A stretch of 64,000 nucleotides of DNA from an uncultured Eubacteriales bacterium (lineage in GTDB: Bacteria; Acidobacteriota; Aminicenantia; Aminicenantales; UBA8522), in contig CAZYWP010000004.1 of assembly GCA_964651495.1 (NCBI GenBank), positions 1,667 to 65,666 on the forward strand. Direction: 5' to 3'. The notes under the pieces were generated by a model, which searched no databases, was not told the origin of the DNA, and worked only from the letters and a program-made list of their open reading frames with translations. Shown here piece after piece: positions 1 to 7,581 of this stretch (position 1 is the first letter of the stretch; each line of letters opens with the position of its first letter). The position numbers and the translations under genes are program-made.

Positions 1-892
1 GGCCGCAAATTTCCCTGGCCTTCCGCGGAATTTCGGAGATGGCGTCAACAACGTGCACGCCGGCTTCCCGCAGCCTTTTGACCTTGGTTTCATACGACCC
101 GCGCGAGCCTTCGACGATCGCTCCAGCATGAGAAAAACGCGTCCCCGATTTCGCCGCTTTTCCGCCGATGTAGGCGACGAGCGGCTTGCTGAATTGACCC
201 TTCTCGACCAGATCGGCCACCCGCTCCTCCTGGGTCGTCCCGATCTCCCCGAACATGACGGCGGCTTTCGTCTCCGGGTCGTGCTCAAAAAGCTCCATGA
301 CCTCGGGATGGGAAAGGCCGACAACGGCATCGCCCCCGACATGGATGATCGTGCTCTGGCCGAGGCCCGCCTGGGTAAGATAGTAAGAAATCGCCGAGGT
401 CATCCCGCCGCTCCGCGAGCTGACGCCGATCGTCCCCGGCCGGAACCATTCCCTGGCCCGTTCGGCCCGGCCGCCGATCATGCCGAGGACGGCCTTGCCC
501 GGGCTGACCAGCCCGAGCGTGTTGGGCCCGACAAAACGCGCTCCCTTCTCGCCGGCGCGTGCGGCGATCTCCAGGACATCGTGGATGGGGACCCGGTCGG
601 GGACGATGACCAGGAGCTTCACGCCCCCCTCGATTGCCTCGAGGGCGGCGTTCTTGACGAGCGCGGCGGGGACAAAAATGACGCTGGCGTCAAACGGCCC
701 CTGCTTTTCCCAGGCCTGCGCCACGGAATCATAAACAGGGACGCCGTAAACATCCTGGCCGGCCCGGCCGGGCGTGACCCCGGCGACGAGGTTGGTCCCG
801 TAGTCCTTCATCAGCCGCGTGCGGGCCATCCCCTCCCGGCCGGTGATGCCCTGGATGATGACCCGGGTCTCGCTGTTCACCAAGATAGCCAT
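1..892 (-). CDS. sucD: Succinyl-CoA synthetase alpha-subunit-like protein (CoA-binding / phosphohistidine subunit); 3' end runs off the window
   Basis: Absent from the ORF track because there is no stop inside the window. My reverse-strand translation from the ATG at 892-890 gives MAILVNSETRVIIQGITGREGMARTRLMKDYGTNLVAG. In frame at 160-101 it reads KAAKSGTRFSHAGAIVEGSR, the phosphohistidine loop. The listed + ORF 53..949 is its antisense shadow. Confidence 0.8.
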   Translation of the reverse strand, partial: MAILVNSETRVIIQGITGREGMARTRLMKDYGTNLVAGVTPGRAGQDVYGVPVYDSVAQAWEKQGPFDASVIFVPAALVKNAALEAIEGGVKLLVIVPDRVPIHDVLEIAARAGEKGARFVGPNTLGLVSPGKAVLGMIGGRAERAREWFRPGTIGVSSRSGGMTSAISYYLTQAGLGQSTIIHVGGDAVVGLSHPEVMELFEHDPETKAAVMFGEIGTTQEERVADLVEKGQFSKPLVAYIGGKAAKSGTRFSHAGAIVEGSRGSYETKVKRLREAGVHVVDAISEIPRKAREICG

Positions 893-1017
893 CGGATCAG
901 CCTATCGTCCTATTATTTCTATACATTCTATGTATTTGCTAAACTCTAGTTTGTCACCTTGCCGCGGAGGCGACGGGGCTGCCAGGTTGGCCAGCGAGAG
1001 GCCATCGCCGCCGCTCC

Positions 1018-2589
1018 TCACAGCAGTCCCTTTTTCGCTGCGGCGATCATTTCATCCCTGTACTCCTTGAGCCCGGGAATGGGGAGGCTGATGAAGATGG
1101 CGTCCCGCTCGTGGAACTTGCAGAAGATCTCGCAGGCCAGGCATTCGGTGCACTTCCCCTTCCGAGCCTCCTCCTCCGGAATCGCCAGGACGGGCTTTCC
1201 CTCCTCGAGCTTCAGGATTTTCGGGCCGCAGGCCTCGACACACCCCTTGGTCCGACAGTGGGGGCATTTGGCCTGGTCGAAAGAGATCCGTCCGGTGAAC
1301 GTGTCGAAGCCGTACGCATTCTCGGGAACGGCCGTCTCCGTGAGCGGCCCGACTTCATGGCGGCGGCCGGGCTCCTGGGCGACAAGTGCGTCCAGCCGGC
1401 CGGCGCAGAATTCCGGGGAGTCGTCCCGCCCATAACCTTCGATGACTCCGGGAATATCGCGCCCGTACGTCTGCAGGATCTCGATGGCCTTTTCCTCGAA
1501 ATTCCCGCCCAGCCGGATGACCGCAGGGATTTTTAAATTTTCCTCGTGAAAGGCCTTGACCAGGCCGCGGGCCGAATGGTACTGCTCCTGGCTGGCGACG
1601 CCGGAGCCTGAGGCGAAGTAGCCCCTGATCCCCGGTTGCGAGAGGATGATCTTGGCGGCGCGGTAGACTTTACTGGCCGGCGGGTTGCCGCTCGTGTCGC
1701 AGTAGTTGGCCAGCTTGAAACCGCGGTTGAGGACGGCATCCATGGACATCATCGACCCCCCGCCGCCGGCGCCGTGGAAGCCAATGTACATCTCTCCGCC
1801 GGCGGTGTTTTCCGTCATCTGAAAAAAGTAAAAGGTCCCCCGATAATCCTTTTCCTCGACCCGGTAGGCGATTTTTTCCAGCTCGGTCGGCGGCCGGTCG
1901 AACTCCCGGGCGACCTCGATGCCCAGCTCGGGATGACGGTAGACCGCGTAATCATCGACGACAAGATGGCAGTCGGCGGCATAAACCGCGTCATCCGCAG
2001 TGACCACCAAAGGGTTGATTTCGGCCGAGCGGGCATCTCCGGCGCGCGCGACCTGGTAGAGTCTCATCAGCAGGTCGGAGAGCCGGAGGAGAAGATTCCC
2101 CCCGATTCCGGCCCGGATGAGCAGGTTGCGGGCTTCATACTCGGGAAATCCTTTCCGGACGTCGACGGCCTGCCGGACAATTCTTTCCGGATGCAGCCGG
2201 GCGATCTCTTCGATCCCGCTTCCGCCCGCCGGGCTGAAAACGATGAGCGGCCGCTTGAGGGCGTCATCCAGCACGATCCCGGCAAAGAATTCGGCTTTGA
2301 TGGCCAGCTTTTCTTCGACCAGGATTTTGTCGACGACAAAATTTTCAACCCTCATCCCGAGAAGCTGCCGGGCTTTCTCGGCGGCCTCGGCCGGGCTAGC
2401 CGCGAATTGGATTCCCCCCAAACCGGCTCTCCCGGTCACCCAGACCTGAATTTTCAGGACGACGGGCTTGCCGATCCTTTCGGCGATTCGACGGGCCTCC
2501 TCGGGAGTGGAAGCAACATCGCCGTCCGGGACCGGGATCCCGCCCTGCTTAAGCAGCTTTTTGCCCTGGAATTCAAATAGCCTGGCCAT
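1018..2589 (-). CDS. SucC-like ATP-grasp / CoA-ligase beta subunit fused to a C-terminal 2x[4Fe-4S] ferredoxin-type domain
   Basis: 523-aa ORF. The N-terminus MARLFEFQGKKLLKQGGIPVP and the GFHGAGGGGSMMSMDAV region resemble SucC-type beta subunits. The last ~90 aa carry CPHCRTKGCVEAC and CTECLACEIFC cysteine clusters. ATG at 2589-2587 with AAAGGA upstream. Confidence 0.8.
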   Translation of the reverse strand: MARLFEFQGKKLLKQGGIPVPDGDVASTPEEARRIAERIGKPVVLKIQVWVTGRAGLGGIQFAASPAEAAEKARQLLGMRVENFVVDKILVEEKLAIKAEFFAGIVLDDALKRPLIVFSPAGGSGIEEIARLHPERIVRQAVDVRKGFPEYEARNLLIRAGIGGNLLLRLSDLLMRLYQVARAGDARSAEINPLVVTADDAVYAADCHLVVDDYAVYRHPELGIEVAREFDRPPTELEKIAYRVEEKDYRGTFYFFQMTENTAGGEMYIGFHGAGGGGSMMSMDAVLNRGFKLANYCDTSGNPPASKVYRAAKIILSQPGIRGYFASGSGVASQEQYHSARGLVKAFHEENLKIPAVIRLGGNFEEKAIEILQTYGRDIPGVIEGYGRDDSPEFCAGRLDALVAQEPGRRHEVGPLTETAVPENAYGFDTFTGRISFDQAKCPHCRTKGCVEACGPKILKLEEGKPVLAIPEEEARKGKCTECLACEIFCKFHERDAIFISLPIPGLKEYRDEMIAAAKKGLL

Positions 2590-2611
2590 TCAATCGTCCT
2601 TTACGGGTAAT

Positions 2612-2640
2612 ATTATTGGAATAAAAGGAGCTGAAGTCAA
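2612..2640 (-). promoter_or_regulatory. Candidate sigma70-type promoter of the sucC-like gene
   Basis: Minus strand TTGACT (2640-2635), 17 nt, AATAAT (2617-2612), about 22 nt upstream of the ATG. Pattern match only. Confidence 0.45.
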
Positions 2641-2698
2641 CGTCGGAGAGGGCCGGATGATCGCTTTAAGGTCCGGTCCTCCAGGTTATTCGATGGAA

Positions 2699-2874
2699 GC
2701 ATCTCTGTTTCTGTGATTTGACTCGACGGCCAAGAGAGGGTGGCATGGCGCCAGTCCCCGCACCGCCCGGAGCGTAGGGGACCCCTCTCTTGACGGGTGC
2801 GGAGCGAGGACGGACGGGGACGCGCCGTGACAGGACCCTATTCCAGATCTATGTCATCGCGGAAACAGAGATGC
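2699..2874 (+). repeat. 176-nt structured intergenic repeat, copy 1 (MITE-like element or structured ncRNA)
   Basis: Differs from 39976-40151 at 6 of 176 positions with no indels, while the flanks are unrelated. 19-nt terminal inverted repeat GCATCTCTGTTTCTGTGAT / ATCGCGGAAACAGAGATGC. Several internal GC-rich helices. The strand is assigned only tentatively. Confidence 0.85.
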
Positions 2875-2878
2875 AATT

Positions 2879-3730
2879 TTATTCGATCCAGATTTTGATC
2901 ACTCGGGCCGGGGTCTCCTTGCTCCGGATTTCGATGATATTCCCCTTCATCCTGATGATCTGATCGACGATCCTATCCAGGTCGTATCCTTCCTGCCTGA
3001 GGGCGGCCTTGTCCTTTTCCGGAATCGCGCTCAGGGCCAGGTCGGCTAGCGCCCAGGGAATGCTGAGGTCAAAGGCCGGCTCATCCATGCCCCGGACCGA
3101 GACCCGGATCTTCAGCATTTTGGCGCGCCTAGACGTTCCTCTGTCTTCCACTTCCCTCAGTGAATCCGGTGAGATCCGCAGCAGGGCGATCCTGGCCCTG
3201 TCCTTGAAATCCATGTCTCTTTCCTGCTCGATGATCTGCTTCAGGACGGGGATGGCACGGGCGGCGATCTTTTTATCCTTCACCAGGCTCAACTTCAAGG
3301 CCGCATAATAGCGAACCTTCGAGCTGGGACTGAAGAGCCTCTCCTCGATTTTATCCAGATAATCCTTCTCGCCGTCATTGTAATAGAGATCATAGGCCAG
3401 GTCGATGATTGAAGTTTCCGCCTCCTCGACCAAGCTCTCGTTTTTCTCCGGCGTGAAGAGATAGTCTTCATAAGCCCTCAACGCTCTTTCCTGTTTGCCG
3501 TCCTGTTTCCCAAGGCACTTGGCCCGGTAGAAAATCGCCTGCGGTAACAGACGGCTCCTTGGATACTCCGCCAGGAGCTCTTCCAGCTTGACCTGAGCCT
3601 CCCCCCATTTTTCATCAAACAGGAGGATCTTGGCCTCCTGGAAGGCTTTTACTTCGGCCTGAGTTTGGGCGCCCGACTGAGCGCCGAACAGGCCAACCAA
3701 AAACACGATGAAGAAAAGCGCTTTCCGCAT
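2879..3730 (-). CDS. Secreted TPR/HEAT-like repeat protein, function unknown
   Basis: 283 aa. Signal-peptide-like N-terminus MRKALFFIVFLVGLFGAQSGAQ followed by helical repeat-like sequence. Starts 1 nt after the anti-sigma gene stop, so probably the same operon. Confidence 0.6.
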   Translation of the reverse strand: MRKALFFIVFLVGLFGAQSGAQTQAEVKAFQEAKILLFDEKWGEAQVKLEELLAEYPRSRLLPQAIFYRAKCLGKQDGKQERALRAYEDYLFTPEKNESLVEEAETSIIDLAYDLYYNDGEKDYLDKIEERLFSPSSKVRYYAALKLSLVKDKKIAARAIPVLKQIIEQERDMDFKDRARIALLRISPDSLREVEDRGTSRRAKMLKIRVSVRGMDEPAFDLSIPWALADLALSAIPEKDKAALRQEGYDLDRIVDQIIRMKGNIIEIRSKETPARVIKIWIE

Positions 3731-3731
3731 C

Positions 3732-4529
3732 TCAGACCTCGCTTTCCTGCAATTCCTTTTTTAACAATTTAATTTTTAAAAGCAGATTTTTCTGTTCGAT
3801 CAAGCCCTGGATCTCCCGTCGCTGCTCGTCAGTCAGGCTCTCGCTGACCGGGGAGAGCTCATAGAAGAGCATCTCGATCTGGTCGCAGATGTCTTTCGCT
3901 TTGGCCATCTGGATCCACTCGAGCTGGGGGTTGAGGAATTTTTTCTTGGACAGCAGCTCCCTGGCCCGCTGCGCCGCCGCCTCGCTTAGCCGGAATGGTC
4001 CTGCTTCAGCGGCAGGCTGGGCTAGTTCAAGGAGCACGTACTGGCTTTTTTCCAGGTAAGCCACGGTCTCCCGCCTGGCGATCTCGATGTCCGCCCGGTC
4101 CAGGAACTCCTGGGAAGCGAAGAATTCCCCGCCCCCCGCGTTCCGGCTGAGGCTTCCCCTGAAAACGAAGAACATGGACAGCGCCCCAACCATGACCCCG
4201 AGAAGAAGGCCCGCCAGGACCGGCCTGAACCGGAGAGCGGAGACCCGGATCCGGCGCCGCTCCAGCACGGCCTGCGGCTGGGGCCGATCCCGCCAGACGG
4301 CCCGCACGATTCTCTCCGCCTGAAAACCCCAGTCCACTGAGGCCAGAACCCGGTCCAGCTCGGGATTGAGCACCTCCGCCCGGCGGAGGACTTCCCGGTG
4401 AAGACCGAGCTCCCGGCGGCAGAGCGGGCAGTCCTTGAGATGAGCCCGGACTCTCTCCGCTCTGCGCTCCTCCAGCTCTTCGCCGAGGAAGGCGACCAGG
4501 TCATCCCTGATTTGGCGGCACGTGCTCAT
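3732..4529 (-). CDS. Anti-sigma factor (zf-HC2 type, single-pass membrane)
   Basis: N-terminal H-x3-C-x2-C motif (AHLKDCPLC). One hydrophobic segment (VLAGLLLGVMVGALSMFFVF). The start overlaps the sigma-factor stop (ATGA). Confidence 0.75.
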   Translation of the reverse strand: MSTCRQIRDDLVAFLGEELEERRAERVRAHLKDCPLCRRELGLHREVLRRAEVLNPELDRVLASVDWGFQAERIVRAVWRDRPQPQAVLERRRIRVSALRFRPVLAGLLLGVMVGALSMFFVFRGSLSRNAGGGEFFASQEFLDRADIEIARRETVAYLEKSQYVLLELAQPAAEAGPFRLSEAAAQRARELLSKKKFLNPQLEWIQMAKAKDICDQIEMLFYELSPVSESLTDEQRREIQGLIEQKNLLLKIKLLKKELQESEV

Positions 4530-5107
4530 GTTTCCATCCCCAATTGCGGGCCCAGCAGACGGCGGAGATTCCGCACTGCCTTGAAATGAAGGGACTTGAC
4601 CGTCCCCAGCCTGACGTTCAGGATCTCCGCGATTTCCCTGTAATCGAGCCCGTTATAATGCTTCATGACAAAAACCAGGCGCTGCCGTTCTCCGAGCCGT
4701 TCGAGACCGTGGGAGATGACCCGGCGCAGATCCAAGGACACCGGGTTTGCGCCGCTGCCCGAGGAGGCCAGGACGAGCTCGTCGAGGGGCTTTTCGCTCT
4801 CCATCTCCCGGCGCCTGGCGTAATGCTTGCGGTAATAATCGATGCACAGGTTCTTGGCGATCTGGAGCAGCCAGCCACGGAAATTCCCTTCTTTCTCGTA
4901 GGCGTCGAGCTTCTGATAGAGCCTCATGAATGTCTCCTGGACGATGTCCATGGCATCCTCCTTGTTCCGGAGGACGGAGTAGGCCAGCAAAAAGACCTGC
5001 TGCTGATAATGGAAGACGATCGTTTTGAAGGCTTCCCGGTCGCCGCTTGCGGCCTCCCGAAGCAGAGATTGGATGTCTTCACTTTCCGTTATCCTCGTCT
5101 GTTCCAT
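4526..5107 (-). CDS. ECF-family RNA polymerase sigma factor
   Basis: 193 aa. Region 2-like FMRLYQKLDAYEKEGNFRGWLLQIAKNLCIDYYRK and region 4-like YREIAEILNVRLGTVKSLHFKAVRNLR. Confidence 0.9.
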   Translation of the reverse strand: MEQTRITESEDIQSLLREAASGDREAFKTIVFHYQQQVFLLAYSVLRNKEDAMDIVQETFMRLYQKLDAYEKEGNFRGWLLQIAKNLCIDYYRKHYARRREMESEKPLDELVLASSGSGANPVSLDLRRVISHGLERLGERQRLVFVMKHYNGLDYREIAEILNVRLGTVKSLHFKAVRNLRRLLGPQLGMET

Positions 5108-5217
5108 CCTGGGGTGAATTCTCGGGTTCAGATGGCGTTAGTTCGGCCGGATCAGTATCGCCGATTTCGTTCTCCGTGTCAGCATTGCCTTGCTCATCCG
5201 TGCGTTCCATAGACTAC

Positions 5218-5244
5218 TACGAAGGGTTTTGGCGAAAGGTTCAC
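5218..5244 (-). promoter_or_regulatory. Candidate ECF-type (autoregulatory) promoter
   Basis: Minus strand GTGAAC (GAAC = complement of 5239-5242), 17 nt, CGTA (complement of 5218-5221), about 110 nt upstream of the sigma-factor ATG. It resembles the GAAC-N16/17-CGT pattern of ECF promoters. Pattern match only. Confidence 0.3.
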
Positions 5245-5364
5245 CCCCAAAAAAAACGGCGTTTTTTGAGCCGGCCTCCCTCGCCTGTCAGCGGGCGCAG
5301 AAGTCTGCCCGGTTCAGGAACTTCCTGGGAAATTCCGAAGGGAGGAGTCCGGGAAAAAATCTAT

Positions 5365-5649
5365 CTAAAACTTACCGAAATCTCTTCTCTCTCTTCGCTC
5401 GGGGCCGCGTCCTTCCGTCCTGGGTCTCGCATCGTTGACAATGATGCGGCGGCCGTCAAACTCCGTGCCGTTCAGCTTGCCCTTGGCCTCTTGAGCGCCT
5501 TCCGAGGTGGCCATCTCGACAAAGCCAAACCCGCGTCCCTGGAGGACGTTGACTGAAGTGACTTCTCCGTGCTGGGAAAAAAGCTCTTTCAGCTTGTCCT
5601 CTGTGGTCCCGTAGTTCAGGTTTCCCACGTACAATTTTGCAGCAGACAT
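5365..5649 (-). CDS. RRM-type RNA-binding protein
   Basis: RNP2 LYVGNL and RNP1 RGFGFVEM motifs. I place the start at the internal ATG 5649-5647 (MSAAKLYVGNL), which has AGGAGG 8 nt upstream. The track's 5715 start adds an unlikely 22 aa. Confidence 0.85.
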   Translation of the reverse strand: MSAAKLYVGNLNYGTTEDKLKELFSQHGEVTSVNVLQGRGFGFVEMATSEGAQEAKGKLNGTEFDGRRIIVNDARPRTEGRGPERRERRDFGKF

Positions 5650-5725
5650 AGAAAAAGCCTCCTTGCATTTCCACCGCCATCCCGCCCTGTCGACCAGTCG
5701 GCGGAAGGCCGGCAAAAATCAAAAC

Positions 5726-5754
5726 ATTCTGGCATATCCAGGGGAAGAAATCAA
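5726..5754 (-). promoter_or_regulatory. Candidate promoter of the RRM gene
   Basis: Minus strand TTGATT (5754-5749), 17 nt, CAGAAT (5731-5726). This would give a 5' UTR of roughly 70 nt. Pattern match only. Confidence 0.35.
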
Positions 5755-5790
5755 GCAATTTATGGCCCGGCCCGGCTTCTGGCCGACATA

Positions 5791-5821
5791 TTGACCTTGC
5801 CGCCGCATAAAATGCTATAAT
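5791..5821 (+). promoter_or_regulatory. Candidate promoter of sppA
   Basis: TTGACC (5791-5796), 19 nt, TATAAT (5816-5821) with an extended -10 TG at 5813-5814. GGAG lies upstream of the ATG at 5869. Confidence 0.4.
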
Positions 5822-5868
5822 GGCCAAACTTAAGACGGTCAATTCCGTATTATGAACCTGGAGACGAG

Positions 5869-7581
5869 ATGAAAAAAGGAAAATATGTCCTCCTCATCAT
5901 ATTGATTTTCTTCTTCCTGATTACAGCCACGGTCTTCGCCTTTCTCTACTCTTCGTTCCGCCGGCCCCCTGAAATCAAGCCCGATTCCTACCTCGAAATC
6001 GAGCTTGCCGGGCCGGTCCAGGACTTCTTCGCCCCGGACTTCCTGACGGAGTTCTTTTTCGGCCGGAGGACTCTGTCCATCCATGAGCTGCGGGAGAGCA
6101 TCCGCAAGGCCAGAGTGGACCGCCGCATCCGCTGCCTCCTGCTGCGTCTCGGCTACCTCGAATGCGACTGGGCCAAGGTCAGCGAGATCCGCGACGCCGT
6201 GCTGGATTTCCGCAAGTCGGGAAAGCCCGCCTACGCCTACATCGAGGAGGCCCCCGAGTTCGATAAGGAATATTACCTCGCCACCGCCTGCGACCGGATC
6301 ATCCTCCATCCGCTCGGCTGGCTGGGCGTCAACGGAGTCGGCGGCTGGGTGCCTTTTATCAAAGAGGGGCTGGACAAACTGGGCGTGGAAGCCGAGGTCG
6401 AGCACGTCGAGGAGTTCAAGACCGCCTATAACATGTTCACGGAAAAGGAGCTTACCCCGGCCCACCGGGCAATGATGGAGGCCATCTACGACGACATCTT
6501 CTCCGAGTACGTGCGCGCTGTCTCCGAGGCCAGGAAAAAGACCGAGGCCGAGGTCAGGATGATCATCGACACCGGCCTTTATCAGGGCAAAAACGCCCTC
6601 GACGCCGGGCTCGTCGATGACCTGCTCTACGAGGACGAACTGAGGGCGCTCCTGCAGGACAAGGGGAGAGATCTGCGGCGGGCCCGGCTGGCCGAATATT
6701 CGAGGATCAGCCCGTCGAGCCTGGGAATGGAAACGGGCAGAAAGGTCGCCCTGATCTACGCTATGGGCCCGATCATGAGCGGAGAGGGCGGTTACCAGGT
6801 CATCGGCGGCCGGACGCTCTCGCGCTGGGTCCGCAGAGCCCGGGAGGACCGGTCGGTCGCGGCCATCGTGCTCCGGGTGGACAGCCCGGGCGGCTCGGCC
6901 GTGGCCTCGGATGTCATTTGGCGGGAGATCTTCCTGGCCAAAAAGGAGAAGCCGGTGGTGGTCTCGATGTCCGACGTGGCCGGCTCCGGCGGATACTGGA
7001 TTTCCCTGGCCGCCCACAAGATCGTCGCCCAGCCACAGACGCTGACAGGGTCGATTGGCGTGCTGGCCGGAAAGTTCAACCTGGTTGGGCTATACGAAAA
7101 GCTGGGCATCACGGCCGAAAAAATGACCCGCGGCCGGAGAGCCGACATGTTCTCGACTTTCCGTCCCCTGACTCCGGAGGAAAGGCACTTCTTGAAGGAG
7201 CAGATTCTCTGGACCTACGACCAGTTCCTCAGCAAGGTCGCCGAGGGGCGGAACCTGACCAAAGAAGCGGTGAATGAAATCGGCCGCGGCCGCGTCTGGA
7301 CGGGGCATCAGGCGCGGGAAATCAAGCTGGTGGATGAGCTGGGCGGTCTCGACAGGGCCTTGGAGCTGGCCAAGAGCCTGGCCGGGATCCCGGCCCAGGA
7401 GGACGTCCGATTGGTCGTCTGGCCGAAGAGGACGTCGATCTTCAGCCTGGTTTTTGGCCGGGCAGAGGCAAAGGTCCGGCTTCCCCTATCAGCAGGAATC
7501 GACAAGCTCATTCCTATTCTTAAGGTCTTGGAAAAAGAAAATCCCTGGGCGGTGATGCCCTTCTGGCTTCCCACTCAGTAG
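5869..7581 (+). CDS. sppA: Signal peptide peptidase SppA (67K type, two S49 domains)
   Basis: 570 aa. N-terminal TM segment and two ClpP/S49-like halves, with DSPGGSAVASD and SDVAGSGGYW motifs. Confidence 0.9.
   Translation: MKKGKYVLLIILIFFFLITATVFAFLYSSFRRPPEIKPDSYLEIELAGPVQDFFAPDFLTEFFFGRRTLSIHELRESIRKARVDRRIRCLLLRLGYLECDWAKVSEIRDAVLDFRKSGKPAYAYIEEAPEFDKEYYLATACDRIILHPLGWLGVNGVGGWVPFIKEGLDKLGVEAEVEHVEEFKTAYNMFTEKELTPAHRAMMEAIYDDIFSEYVRAVSEARKKTEAEVRMIIDTGLYQGKNALDAGLVDDLLYEDELRALLQDKGRDLRRARLAEYSRISPSSLGMETGRKVALIYAMGPIMSGEGGYQVIGGRTLSRWVRRAREDRSVAAIVLRVDSPGGSAVASDVIWREIFLAKKEKPVVVSMSDVAGSGGYWISLAAHKIVAQPQTLTGSIGVLAGKFNLVGLYEKLGITAEKMTRGRRADMFSTFRPLTPEERHFLKEQILWTYDQFLSKVAEGRNLTKEAVNEIGRGRVWTGHQAREIKLVDELGGLDRALELAKSLAGIPAQEDVRLVVWPKRTSIFSLVFGRAEAKVRLPLSAGIDKLIPILKVLEKENPWAVMPFWLPTQ

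Noticed and set aside
53-949. 298-aa + strand ORF at the left edge
   Set aside because: Its sequence is low-complexity and Arg/Pro/Gly-rich. The opposite strand reads as a textbook SucD (MAILVNSETRVIIQGITG..., FSHAGAIV). It is an antisense shadow ORF.
5249-5267. A8-CGGCG-T6 hairpin between the RRM gene and the ECF sigma gene, considered as a bidirectional terminator
   Set aside because: The stem would be almost entirely A:U with a 3-nt loop, which is too weak to call. It is more likely just part of the AT-rich promoter-proximal region next to the GAAC motif.
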